Made by a program: the position numbers and the translations under genes. The notes under the pieces are model-generated. The model searched no databases, had not been told where the DNA came from, and worked only from the letters and a program-made list of their open reading frames with translations. This document shows positions 1 through 9,222 of a stretch of 64,000 bases of DNA, in pieces. The stretch is from a virus. Lineage: Duplodnaviria; Caudoviricetes. The DNA is taken from IMG/VR virus record IMGVR_UViG_3300049740_002155; one strand, 5' to 3'. Each line of letters opens with the position of its first letter. Position 1 is the stretch's first letter.

Positions 1-269
1 GTGTTATAGTAGCATTGGTATATTAGTAGAACTACTAACATAAGTGGCTAACTTTTTTTTGTAACCAGAAAGCGAAACCGCCGAAAAACCGCCGGGCAGA
101 CCTACTCTTGTGTGGATGACCATTTTTTTGTCAGATCTTTACTATACAAAAAACGTGACATCTAAAAAATGTTTTTTTGCCCGAAAAACCAAAAAATTAA
201 AATGATAAATTTTTTTCTGAGGAATTTACTATGTGATTATTCAAGAAAAAGTAAATATTTATATACTAT

Positions 270-500
270 ATGAAAAAATCGGAAAGTATAAATGAAGATT
301 ATGTAATGGTATTGCACAATCCCGAACAAAATACCTATGACTACTTAATATATCGTGTATTAGACATCAGTTATATCAATGACAACAAAGTAGTAAACAT
401 ACAACATCGCACCAAGAACAATCAATTAAACCGTCTTATTATGCCGTATCATATTTTCTTGGGACTTATAGAAGAAGATATTCTAACCAGATTACAATAA
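270..500 (+). CDS. hypothetical protein (76 aa)
   Basis: ORF preceded by TATTTATA (256-263); next ORF starts 1 nt after the stop; no recognisable motif. Confidence 0.7.
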   Translation: MKKSESINEDYVMVLHNPEQNTYDYLIYRVLDISYINDNKVVNIQHRTKNNQLNRLIMPYHIFLGLIEEDILTRLQ

Positions 501-501
501 T

Positions 502-897
502 ATGAAGATATTAAACGGAAATAGGTACTTTGATAAAGACGATGTATCAGAACTCAAAAAGAAAAGCATTTATTTTGTGTCAAATAACCCGTCAAATGAG
601 TATGATTTCATATATTCATTGGAAAAAGATGAATTAGATACCTTAATTGAAGGTATTACTGCAATGAATAACACTATAATGTGGGAATTTTTACAAGAAA
701 CTGCGATTAACATGACTAAAATTGAGAAATGTTACAAAACTTTGCGTGTATATAGAACCAATAAAATATCATTTGACGAATTTAGAAACATACCAGCAGA
801 CCAAGTAACCAGTTATTGTGTAGCAAAATACGAAAATTGGTTAAAAAACATCGGACAAGACATTTTTCTCAACTTTTTTGTGGAATACAAAATATAA
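502..897 (+). CDS. hypothetical protein (131 aa)
   Basis: ORF tightly packed after 270..500; no motif recognised. Confidence 0.75.
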   Translation: MKILNGNRYFDKDDVSELKKKSIYFVSNNPSNEYDFIYSLEKDELDTLIEGITAMNNTIMWEFLQETAINMTKIEKCYKTLRVYRTNKISFDEFRNIPADQVTSYCVAKYENWLKNIGQDIFLNFFVEYKI

Positions 898-932
898 GTT
901 AAAAAAACTAATCTTACTTCATATATATATTT

Positions 933-1253
933 ATGATAAATTTACTTGGATTCGGTAAAAACAAACCCAAAGGCATCAAAGTGACGATTGAGTATTGTCC
1001 TAAGAATGTTACTTTACCGTATAAAGTAAAAAAGTTAATAAATCAAGCATCATTACAAGTTCCTTCTTCTAAAGTTGATAATTCTAAGAAAGATCCTTTT
1101 AATTTTGCCGAAAAGACTGTGCGTGTTGGTGAGTTTCTAAATGAATACCAAGTTCAGCATTTAGTTGATAAAGCACGTGAAAACACAAATGAGTTTGAAA
1201 GTATCGAGATAGTAGAAAGAGAATCATCAGGACCTGAAATTCTTATTGATTGA
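933..1253 (+). CDS. hypothetical protein, distant member of a local paralogue family
   Basis: VRVGEFLNEYQVQHL resembles VSVGDRLSKQQAVQI of the next gene; TATTTAT overlaps the start. Confidence 0.75.
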   Translation: MINLLGFGKNKPKGIKVTIEYCPKNVTLPYKVKKLINQASLQVPSSKVDNSKKDPFNFAEKTVRVGEFLNEYQVQHLVDKARENTNEFESIEIVERESSGPEILID

Positions 1254-1258
1254 TTTTT

Positions 1259-1552
1259 ATGAATAAAATAGTAAAAGTACATCTTACCCGTTATGTAGGA
1301 GAACATCCTATTGCTATAAATACACCTGATCGTGTATATGAAATTGCGGAAATGGAAAATGCAGTAGTAGTTAATGTTAATAAACAAGCAAAACTGGAAT
1401 ACGGAGAAGGAACTCAAATAGAAGTTAGTGTAGGAGATAGATTAAGTAAACAACAAGCAGTACAAATAGCGAATACTTATGAAACTACTTTAATTGCTAT
1501 ATCATCAGATAATAATACTTCTACTGAGCATGGCTCATTATTAAAAGGTTAA
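1259..1552 (+). CDS. hypothetical protein, paralogue of 1597..1854
   Basis: ATG at 1259 preferred over TTG at 1250; VHLTRYVGEHP / EIAEMENAVVVNVNK / VSVGDR align with the next ORF. Confidence 0.8.
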   Translation: MNKIVKVHLTRYVGEHPIAINTPDRVYEIAEMENAVVVNVNKQAKLEYGEGTQIEVSVGDRLSKQQAVQIANTYETTLIAISSDNNTSTEHGSLLKG

Positions 1553-1559
1553 ATAGTTA

Positions 1560-1588
1560 TTGACTAATTTTTGGGGACATTATATAAT
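1560..1588 (+). promoter_or_regulatory. sigma70-type promoter
   Basis: TTGACT-N17-TATAAT just upstream of ATG 1597. Confidence 0.8.
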
Positions 1589-1596
1589 TCCCTATC

Positions 1597-1854
1597 ATGT
1601 TTAATAGTAAATCATCAGAAGGCACTACATATGTGTATTTAAAAAGATATGTAAAAAGTCATCCTACTGCTATGCTGGCTAGTGATGCTCACTTTGAAAT
1701 TATGAAAATTGAAAATGGTGTATGCTTTGAAATAAACAAAAACTCAGGATCAAAGCCTAAGATAGTTAGTGTAGGAGATAGAGTAAATATAAATCAAGCA
1801 TATGAAATCTCTTTAGAAGCAAACTGCATTGTAGAACCTGTGTATCCTAACTAA
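1597..1854 (+). CDS. hypothetical protein, paralogue of 1259..1552
   Basis: VYLKRYVKSHP / EIMKIENGVCFEINK / VSVGDR; identical 19-mer agttagtgtaggagataga at 1423-1441 and 1764-1782. Confidence 0.8.
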   Translation: MFNSKSSEGTTYVYLKRYVKSHPTAMLASDAHFEIMKIENGVCFEINKNSGSKPKIVSVGDRVNINQAYEISLEANCIVEPVYPN

Positions 1855-1937
1855 GTGGTATACATCAATTTTTTGGGGGAATATTTACCCAACCTACATA
1901 ATAATTCTAAATTATAAAAAAATTATAAAAATAGATG

Positions 1938-1966
1938 TTGACGTTGAGAAGGTATTATGGTAAGAT
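1938..1966 (+). promoter_or_regulatory. sigma70-type promoter upstream of rIIA
   Basis: TTGACG-N17-TAAGAT with TG extended -10. Confidence 0.65.
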
Positions 1967-2101
1967 GATATCATAATGAGAAATACGAGAGAGATAGAAA
2001 ATCATTTTTTTCTAAGAACTATAATATAACTATAATAAATCGTAGACCTTATTCAGATTCTATTAAACCACTAACATATATTACATCAACTATCATCTAT
2101 T

Positions 2102-4360
2102 ATGCAAGTTAAGACAGCTCCTAACGTAGTAAGTAACACATTACCTAATACTACTCAGTATTCAATTAAAGCATCAGCAAAAGCATTTAAGATATTAAGT
2201 GATGGTTTATATAGTGACAAAATAGCTGCTCCTATTCGTGAGTTATCTACTAACGCATATGATGCTCACGTAGCCAAAGGTAATACTCATACACCTTTTG
2301 ATGTACACCTGCCTTCTGTAGCAGAGCCTTGGTTTGCTATTAGGGATTATGGTATTGGTATGAGCAAGCAAGAACTTGAAACTACTTATACTACTTACTT
2401 TGATAGCAACAAAACTCATAGCAACGACTTTGTGGGTTGTATGGGATTAGGAAGTAAAACTCCTTTTACTCTTAGTGATGCCTTTACGGTTACTTCTGTA
2501 AAAAACGGCAAGAAGACTACGGTTATCAATTACTTGGACGAGGATGTCCCAAATTTTTCTATCATCTCTGAGGAGAACACCGATGAAACATCTGGTACTG
2601 AAATCAAGTTTACTCCTTCTGAAGCAAATACCTACGATAAACTTCGTGAGTCTGCACAACGCATTCTTGGTTACTTTGATGTAACTCCGAATCTCACTAT
2701 CGGATCAACTAAAGAAGAAGTTAAAGTTCCTACCAAGAGACTTGAAGGAAAAGATTGGTATTATGTAGATTCACAACTTGCTTACTCTGATTCTATTATT
2801 CTTATGGGTAATGTTGCTTATCCTTTTAACTTCTCTGATGTTTCTGATGACTTTGAGAAAAAACACGGATGGAGCAACACTTACGAATATCGTAGACTGG
2901 TTAGCAATCTTGTATTTCGTGTTCCTATCGGTAACTTGGATATTACCGCAAGTCGTGAAGAAATCGGTTGGACAAGTGAAGGTCGTGAATACATGGTTAA
3001 TTTCGTTGAACGTGTTAACAACGAAATTAAGGATATAATGAACGAGCAATTAAATAAATGTGAGAACTTTTGGGATGCTCGTATTCTTTTTAATAGTATG
3101 GTTGGTTACAACGAAGAATACTACTCTGACATTGATCGTAACGGAAGTGGAAGCATTGGACACTTCAAGTGGACTGAACAACTATCGTGGAATGGAATAG
3201 ATGTATCTGAACGATACGGTGATGTTTCCAAGAATCCTAATCTTCAAAAAATGGAGTATCGTTTGTTTTGGTTGGGTTACGCAAAACGCAATCGGTATAG
3301 TAGTGGTGATAAGGTAAATCGTAGAAGTGATGTGAATGGTATTCTTCCGTTTGATGCCGAGGTTGAGTTTTTTCAAAATGATCTTCCGACTGGAAGTGTT
3401 AGTCGTGTAAATCATTATGTTCGTGAGAACAATCAAAAAGTAGTTCTTGTGTTTGATAAGTTTTCCAACAAAGAACGTAAGTATCTGAAACTCATTGGTT
3501 ATCCTTCTAAAGTTCGCAAAACTTCTGAATTAGAGAAACCTACGGTTAATCGTACTACATCCACTAAAACCAAAGGAACAATTATTGCTTGCAAGAAGAT
3601 TGATGATTGTGGGTGGAATCATGCGTGTAATTTCTCATCTGATGAAGAACTTCTATTAAACTCAAAGAAAACCATTTATTATGTTCCGATTCGTAATTGG
3701 AAAATTATTCATAAGAACGATGAGTATCATAATTCTCGTCACCTTGAGCAACTTCTTAAAAGGGTTACTGGACAAGATGAAGTGGACATTTATGGAATTA
3801 AGATTGGGCAAACCAAGAAATTATCCAAGTATGAAAACTTCAAGAATGTATTTGATGTAATTTCCGAATACATTGTTTCTTCGTTTGAAAACAAAACTGG
3901 TTCTCTTTATGAAAGTATTACCGCAAGAAAGTTTGATCACTTCAAAACTACACATTCTTACAAAACGGTACTTAATATCATTGATAATCGTGTTTTCAAA
4001 CGAGTTTGTGTTCTTCTCAAGCAATCTGGTAACGATGAATTGGTAAAAGAACTTTTCAAGATTCGTAGAATTATATCTATCAATCGTGATGCTTCCAAGA
4101 ATATATCTGAAGAAGATAATGGATTTGCCAATGACTTTGGAAACTTTGCAAGATACACTCGTAGTTTTGATGATAATAGTCTTACTTCATACTTTGCTTG
4201 TAAGGTGTCATACGAACTCAAGAACATCTATTCTATGCTTTCTAAAGAGTATCCTATGGTAAGGTATATGGGAAATGCTTTAGAGGGTTCTGGTAACTAC
4301 ACCAACGCAATGAACAATCTTGTAGAATACATGGAATTGATAAATTCCACTAAAAAGTAA
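2102..4360 (+). CDS. rIIA: rIIA-like protein with N-terminal GHKL (Hsp90-like) ATPase domain
   Basis: LSDGLYSDKIAAPIRELSTNAYDAH, RDYGIGMS and GCMGLGSK GHKL motifs; rIIB homologue downstream. Confidence 0.85.
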   Translation: MQVKTAPNVVSNTLPNTTQYSIKASAKAFKILSDGLYSDKIAAPIRELSTNAYDAHVAKGNTHTPFDVHLPSVAEPWFAIRDYGIGMSKQELETTYTTYFDSNKTHSNDFVGCMGLGSKTPFTLSDAFTVTSVKNGKKTTVINYLDEDVPNFSIISEENTDETSGTEIKFTPSEANTYDKLRESAQRILGYFDVTPNLTIGSTKEEVKVPTKRLEGKDWYYVDSQLAYSDSIILMGNVAYPFNFSDVSDDFEKKHGWSNTYEYRRLVSNLVFRVPIGNLDITASREEIGWTSEGREYMVNFVERVNNEIKDIMNEQLNKCENFWDARILFNSMVGYNEEYYSDIDRNGSGSIGHFKWTEQLSWNGIDVSERYGDVSKNPNLQKMEYRLFWLGYAKRNRYSSGDKVNRRSDVNGILPFDAEVEFFQNDLPTGSVSRVNHYVRENNQKVVLVFDKFSNKERKYLKLIGYPSKVRKTSELEKPTVNRTTSTKTKGTIIACKKIDDCGWNHACNFSSDEELLLNSKKTIYYVPIRNWKIIHKNDEYHNSRHLEQLLKRVTGQDEVDIYGIKIGQTKKLSKYENFKNVFDVISEYIVSSFENKTGSLYESITARKFDHFKTTHSYKTVLNIIDNRVFKRVCVLLKQSGNDELVKELFKIRRIISINRDASKNISEEDNGFANDFGNFARYTRSFDDNSLTSYFACKVSYELKNIYSMLSKEYPMVRYMGNALEGSGNYTNAMNNLVEYMELINSTKK

Positions 4361-4424
4361 TATCAATGGATACTAACAAGTCGATGGAAAGTTTTTTTTG
4401 ATTTCGCATGAAATTAAAAAAAAG

Positions 4425-4453
4425 TTGACGAGAGACGTTTTATGAGGTATTAT
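4425..4453 (+). promoter_or_regulatory. sigma70-type promoter
   Basis: TTGACG-N17-TATTAT; AAAGGA SD-like site precedes ATG 4494. Confidence 0.65.
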
Positions 4454-4493
4454 TATAATAATTAAATTTAACTAAAAGGAAATATATATAATT

Positions 4494-4634
4494 ATGAAAG
4501 CATCACAACATTGGAAACATCGTTTAAAGAAAAAGTTTGGAATGGGAAAGCAAGCAAAACTTGCTAAGAAATACAAATATGTTCAAATTGAATCAACAAG
4601 AAGAATCAACGAAAGGGAAGCACAAGAACAATGA
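4494..4634 (+). CDS. small basic protein (46 aa), not in the ORF track
   Basis: MKASQHWKHRLKKKFGMGKQAKLAKKYKYVQIESTRRINEREAQEQ; promoter and SD upstream; ATGA overlap with 4631. Confidence 0.6.
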   Translation: MKASQHWKHRLKKKFGMGKQAKLAKKYKYVQIESTRRINEREAQEQ

Positions 4635-4852
4635 GTAAGAAAGCACGACTTAATCTACCTGATAAAGAAAAGCATCCACAACTTTATTCTATTGCAAAAA
4701 AAACCGGTCGAAGTTCCGGAGCATTGGTAAAAGGAATTTATGGAACTATGGTTACACCGAAAATGAATCGGGCGCAAATCGCAAATAAAAACAAAGCAAG
4801 AAAGAAGCATGGTCTTGCTCCTCTTGGAGAAGACGGTCAACCACAATCTTAA
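4631..4852 (+). CDS. small basic hypothetical protein (73 aa)
   Basis: K/R-rich ORF coupled to the upstream ORF; AAAGGA SD for rIIB follows. Confidence 0.7.
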   Translation: MSKKARLNLPDKEKHPQLYSIAKKTGRSSGALVKGIYGTMVTPKMNRAQIANKNKARKKHGLAPLGEDGQPQS

Positions 4853-4873
4853 TTTAACTAAAAGGAATTAATT

Positions 4874-6484
4874 ATGCAAAGTATCATCACCGACTCAACT
4901 ATTACACTAATCTCCGAAACGGGTCCTTCCGTTATCGGTAAAACGCATCCTAACTTCTACAAAATTAAAAAAGCATTGCTTCAAAAAAATTTCCTCGAAG
5001 TTGAAGATATGCTTGATGTCAAGGATGGATACAAAGAATTCTCCAATGGTCGTATTGCCGTTGATGGAGATAATCTTATTTATGATGGAGCAATCATTCA
5101 CACTGTTCTTACACAACGCATCGTAGAAATGATTCACAACGGAGACGAAGCAACACCTATGTTGAACTTCCTCGTTAATCTTATGGATAATCCCTCTGAA
5201 GGTAGCATAGATCAACTTTATACTTTCTTGGAGCATGAGAACCTTCCTATCACCGAAGACGGTTGTTTCCTTGCTTACAAAGCAATTAATCGTGATTATA
5301 CCGACAAGTATACTGGAAAGATTTCCAATAAAGTCGGTGATAAAGTAAAAATGCCTTATGAAGAAGTAACTGCTGATCCAACAAAACATTGTTCACGTGG
5401 TCTTCATTGTGGTAGCATTGATTATGTTCGTAGTTATGGAAACTTTCAAGTTAACGAAATTGGTGAACATACGGGTGATCGTCTTGTTACCGTTAAAGTT
5501 AATCCTAATGCGGTAGTTAGTGTACCGGAAGATAGTGATCGTCAAAAAGTTCGTGTTTATCGTTATGTTGTCCACGAAGAAATTGAAAATCCTTATGATT
5601 TAGTTCCTAAGTACGAAGCACCTGTATATTATGATAGTGAAGGCAATGTATACGATGAAGATATATTTGGTGATGACGATTACGAAAATTATGAACATTG
5701 GGACGAAGATGAATGGACACCGGTAGATGATGGTGTTGTACCAAATGGTCAATCTCAATACGATTGGGTGGGTGATCCATATAAAGATGAGTTAGGACCT
5801 GATGATTCTAATCTTTATTCCGAAAACGGAGTAGAAGGTGAACCTGGTAATCCAGTTGAAGGTCTTATTGATTTTGATGATGTTAAACGCAAAGAATCTA
5901 TTATTGCCGGTTGTATTCGTCAAAGTACCGACAACCCATTGAAAAAAAATTCTTTCGAAACTAATAATATTGTTGGTGATGTAGATGTAGATATGTTTGA
6001 TGCGATGTATAATAACACCGATTATGCAACTGGACAAACGTCCGAAAAAAATTCTTTCGACGTTGTCGAAAAGACAAATGAATCGGATAGTAGTTTTACT
6101 TACGATTGGCACGGTGTTGCGAATACTGAGTGGGATGTTATTCATACAATCAATAATGATAACATACGTGAAGATATGCACCCCAAGGCACGTGAAATTT
6201 TTGAATACTACGAAAACAAGTATGGCAGGAACATTACTGATTGTGTGACCATTACTAGTGTAATTGATGATTTGAAAGATGCTGGATTTGATATGTCTGG
6301 AAATCCTCTTGAAGAATCTAATGATCAAAAAAATTTCCTTGATGAAATGTTCCAAGACGCATCTTGTTATGCAAAAAAGGATGCTGAAAAAAATTCCTTC
6401 GACGTTGTCGAAAAAGACTCTAACGAAGAAAGTGTTGTGAAAGTTGAAAAACCAAATAACATTATTCTTCCTGACAATAACTAA
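4874..6484 (+). CDS. rIIB: rIIB-like protein with long acidic, repeat-bearing C-terminal extension
   Basis: FLAYKAINRDYTDKYTG...VKMP...CSRGLHCGSIDY...VKVNP core typical of rIIB; downstream of rIIA. Confidence 0.85.
   Translation: MQSIITDSTITLISETGPSVIGKTHPNFYKIKKALLQKNFLEVEDMLDVKDGYKEFSNGRIAVDGDNLIYDGAIIHTVLTQRIVEMIHNGDEATPMLNFLVNLMDNPSEGSIDQLYTFLEHENLPITEDGCFLAYKAINRDYTDKYTGKISNKVGDKVKMPYEEVTADPTKHCSRGLHCGSIDYVRSYGNFQVNEIGEHTGDRLVTVKVNPNAVVSVPEDSDRQKVRVYRYVVHEEIENPYDLVPKYEAPVYYDSEGNVYDEDIFGDDDYENYEHWDEDEWTPVDDGVVPNGQSQYDWVGDPYKDELGPDDSNLYSENGVEGEPGNPVEGLIDFDDVKRKESIIAGCIRQSTDNPLKKNSFETNNIVGDVDVDMFDAMYNNTDYATGQTSEKNSFDVVEKTNESDSSFTYDWHGVANTEWDVIHTINNDNIREDMHPKAREIFEYYENKYGRNITDCVTITSVIDDLKDAGFDMSGNPLEESNDQKNFLDEMFQDASCYAKKDAEKNSFDVVEKDSNEESVVKVEKPNNIILPDNN
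5941..6417 (+). repeat. dispersed ~30 bp repeat in the rIIB tail (KNSFDVVEK) with palindromic core TTCGAC-GTT-GTCGAA
   Basis: near-identical copies at 6044-6074 and 6386-6417; partial copies at 5941-5959 and about 6327-6345. Confidence 0.75.
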
Positions 6485-6501
6485 AATATACATAAATATA
6501 T

Positions 6502-6702
6502 ATGAAAAGATATAATAACCACGACCCTCAAACTGAAGTTTATGTGGTCACCCGCGATAGACGCAGAACTTCCGACCGAAATTTCATTAATGAAAATGAT
6601 GCTAAAATTGAGGCTCAATACTGGATTGGAATTTGTAGAAACTATGATCCTTCTTCAAAGGTATCTATTGTTAGAACTAACAAACCTAGAAAGATTAGGT
6701 AA
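6502..6702 (+). CDS. hypothetical protein (66 aa)
   Basis: fills the gap between rIIB and the ClpP-like gene, stopping 2 nt before it. Confidence 0.7.
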   Translation: MKRYNNHDPQTEVYVVTRDRRRTSDRNFINENDAKIEAQYWIGICRNYDPSSKVSIVRTNKPRKIR

Positions 6703-6704
6703 TT

Positions 6705-7358
6705 ATGTACGATTGGAAATTTGAGAAAGCAAACGGTGAACCCACTTCTCCTAAAAAGAAAGTAACACCACCAAAAAAGAAAGTTACAGCAAAAAAGGCT
6801 GCTGATACTGGTTCTATGGACACGGTTGAAGGAGATGATAATATCATTTATTTTTATGCCGGTGTTTCTATGAAAGAAAACTTTACCCTCAACAAAGAGA
6901 TTTCAAGACTTGATCGTGAAATGCAAATGATCTCGATGAAACTTGGATTAAAAGTTCCAATTCCTATTCATTTGAGAATTAATAGTTATGGTGGTAGTGT
7001 ATTCGCCGCATTTAGTAGTATTGATTACATGAACCAAAGCAAGACACCTATATATACGTATATTGATGGTTGTGCGGCTAGTGCAGGAACTATCATGAGT
7101 GTGTGTGGTGACCAAAGGTTTATTGGTGAAAATTCTTATATGCTTGTCCACCAACTTAGTTCTGGTATGTGGGGTAAATATCAAGAACTTCAAGATGATA
7201 TGAAGAACTCTGATAATTTGATGAAACGCATCAAAGAAATCTATGAATCAAAAACCAAGATTCCTAAAACGAAAATGGATGAGATACTCAAACATGACTT
7301 GTGGTGGGATGCACGTACTTGTTTAAAGTATGGTCTTGTAGACGAAATTCTTACTTAA
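6705..7358 (+). CDS. clpP: ClpP-like serine protease (S14 family)
   Basis: INSYGGSV, GCAASAGT (catalytic Ser), MLVHQ (His), HD (Asp), YGLVDEI. Confidence 0.9.
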   Translation: MYDWKFEKANGEPTSPKKKVTPPKKKVTAKKAADTGSMDTVEGDDNIIYFYAGVSMKENFTLNKEISRLDREMQMISMKLGLKVPIPIHLRINSYGGSVFAAFSSIDYMNQSKTPIYTYIDGCAASAGTIMSVCGDQRFIGENSYMLVHQLSSGMWGKYQELQDDMKNSDNLMKRIKEIYESKTKIPKTKMDEILKHDLWWDARTCLKYGLVDEILT

Positions 7359-7369
7359 TAGATTTTCAT

Positions 7370-7678
7370 ATGTCTCGCAAAAATAATTCAGACATCATTG
7401 AGATGGAAGGTATAGTTACAAAACTTCTTCCTGGAACAATGTTCGATGTAGAATTTCAACAAGGAGACGCAAAGGTTATGTTACTTTGTTCACTTGCCGG
7501 AAAACTTAAACAACATTTTATTAAGTTGACGGTGGGTGACAAAGTTCTTGTTGAAATAAGCAAATATGATATGTCAAAAGGTAGAATTACATATCGTCTT
7601 AAAAACAAAACAAGTTACAATACATCAAATAAATCTGTACCAATCAAAAGTGGTGGTGTGGGTAAGAAAAAGAAATAG
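7370..7678 (+). CDS. infA: translation initiation factor IF-1 with basic C-terminal extension
   Basis: IEMEGIVTKLLPGTMFDVE...LAGKLKQHFIKLTVGDKVLVEISKYDMSKGRITYR; ATG at 7370 chosen because the track start overlaps clpP. Confidence 0.9.
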   Translation: MSRKNNSDIIEMEGIVTKLLPGTMFDVEFQQGDAKVMLLCSLAGKLKQHFIKLTVGDKVLVEISKYDMSKGRITYRLKNKTSYNTSNKSVPIKSGGVGKKKK

Positions 7679-7680
7679 AT

Positions 7681-8739
7681 TTATTTAGTCTTTCTATATA
7701 AGTCTAAAATACTTTTTTGTTCTAAACTTATATTCTTGGGAAATTTTGGTTTTATCATTACATACATATCACCTTTAGTACTTCCATTCCTAAGATTGGG
7801 CAATCCATAATTGTTAATTCTTAGAACCGACTCTGGTTGGGTACCTGCGGGTATCTTTAAATTTACTTTTCCGTATAATGAGTTTATTGTTTTTGTGTGA
7901 CCTAATATCATATCATAAAAATCTATGTGTTCTTCACAAACCAAATGGTCACCGTCTCTGTCAAAATACTCATCTTTTTTTACATATATTACTGCATACA
8001 AATCTCCAAATTCTCCACCCTTCGCATAATTTCCATAATTAGATACTCTTAATTTTACCCCGGAGTGACATCCCTTTGGAATTTTAATACGGGTTTCTAC
8101 ACTTTCACTTTGCACTCCTTTTCCACTGCATTGAACACAACCTCCGTGCAATTCACTACCAGAACCTTCGCATACTGGACATATTTGTTCCATTTGCATG
8201 GGTCCCATTCTTCGGTAAACTGCACCTCTACCTCCACACTGTTTACATGATTTGTATGTAGAAGAACTTGTTTCACCAGTTCCATTGCAACTTCCACATT
8301 TTCCGTTTCTATTAAACTTAATTGTTCTATGAACATCATCTACGATCTCACTCAATTTTACTTCTATATCTATTTTTAAATCAGAACCTTGTGTTTGTCT
8401 TCTTCTTTTTCTGTTATCGGATGTAAAAAAACTATCAAAGTTCCCACCACCACCTCCGAAAAATGAATTAAACATATCAAACGGGTCAGAGTGAAATCCA
8501 CCTCCTCCACCACCTTGTTGGAAAGCCGCATGACCAAATTGATCATATTTTGCTCGTTTCGTGGTGTCTGATAAAATATCATATGCTTCTGAAATCTTTT
8601 TAAAGTGTTCTTCTGCATTAGCATCACCTTTATTTTTATCTGGATGCCACTTTATTGCTAGTTTTCTATATGCCTTTTTGATTTCATCTTGTGTAGCAGT
8701 TTTTGATACACTTAAAATATTGTAATAATCTTCACTCAT
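7681..8739 (-). CDS. dnaJ: class I DnaJ co-chaperone
   Basis: J domain with HPD, G/F-rich region, four CxxCxGxG zinc-finger repeats, C-terminal IPAGTQ. Confidence 0.97.
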   Translation of the reverse strand: MSEDYYNILSVSKTATQDEIKKAYRKLAIKWHPDKNKGDANAEEHFKKISEAYDILSDTTKRAKYDQFGHAAFQQGGGGGGFHSDPFDMFNSFFGGGGGNFDSFFTSDNRKRRRQTQGSDLKIDIEVKLSEIVDDVHRTIKFNRNGKCGSCNGTGETSSSTYKSCKQCGGRGAVYRRMGPMQMEQICPVCEGSGSELHGGCVQCSGKGVQSESVETRIKIPKGCHSGVKLRVSNYGNYAKGGEFGDLYAVIYVKKDEYFDRDGDHLVCEEHIDFYDMILGHTKTINSLYGKVNLKIPAGTQPESVLRINNYGLPNLRNGSTKGDMYVMIKPKFPKNISLEQKSILDLYRKTK

Positions 8740-8829
8740 GGTTTGACTTTATTTGTAATGTTTGTATATTATACTATTATTATTGATTACACAATTAAAT
8801 AATTGTTGGTTTTTTCTATATTTATATAT

Positions 8830-9222
8830 ATGTTTACAAAATTAATTGCCAAGTTGCTGAAGAAAAAGTTATATAAATCTAAAATAACTATTCTTGGAGA
8901 TGATTTCGTTGCTACACACGATAGTAATTCTTTACTAGAATCATTAAAGTGGACATTACACGGAATCCATGAGGCTAATGCAACTCAACCAGAACATCAT
9001 AAAAAAAGCATTTCAACTACCAATGGTATTTATGGTCATATATGTGAATTTAGATTATTTAATGTAACGAGATCGTCAATTACGATATGTGGATATAAAA
9101 CACCTAAAAACGAAGATATTCTATTTATGACAGAGCAAATGGTTTATATTCCACAAAAAATTCTCAATACATTGCGAGAACAAGATGCTCACTTACAAGA
9201 CTTGGAAATAATGACTAAATAA
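8830..9222 (+). CDS. hypothetical protein (130 aa)
   Basis: ATG at 8830 follows TATTTATA (8819-8826); converges on the first gdhA. Confidence 0.65.
   Translation: MFTKLIAKLLKKKLYKSKITILGDDFVATHDSNSLLESLKWTLHGIHEANATQPEHHKKSISTTNGIYGHICEFRLFNVTRSSITICGYKTPKNEDILFMTEQMVYIPQKILNTLREQDAHLQDLEIMTK

Noticed and set aside
23-119. Possible replication origin (ttagtag/ctactaa palindrome, aaaccgccg repeat, DnaA-box-like tgtggatga at 111-119)
   Set aside because: One imperfect box and short repeats at the window edge are insufficient, and upstream context is missing.
4907-6493. Long antisense ORFs 4907..5389 and 5792..6493
   Set aside because: They are shadows of rIIB, with hydrophobic I/F-rich composition typical of the antisense frame of AT-rich genes, and have no promoter or SD.
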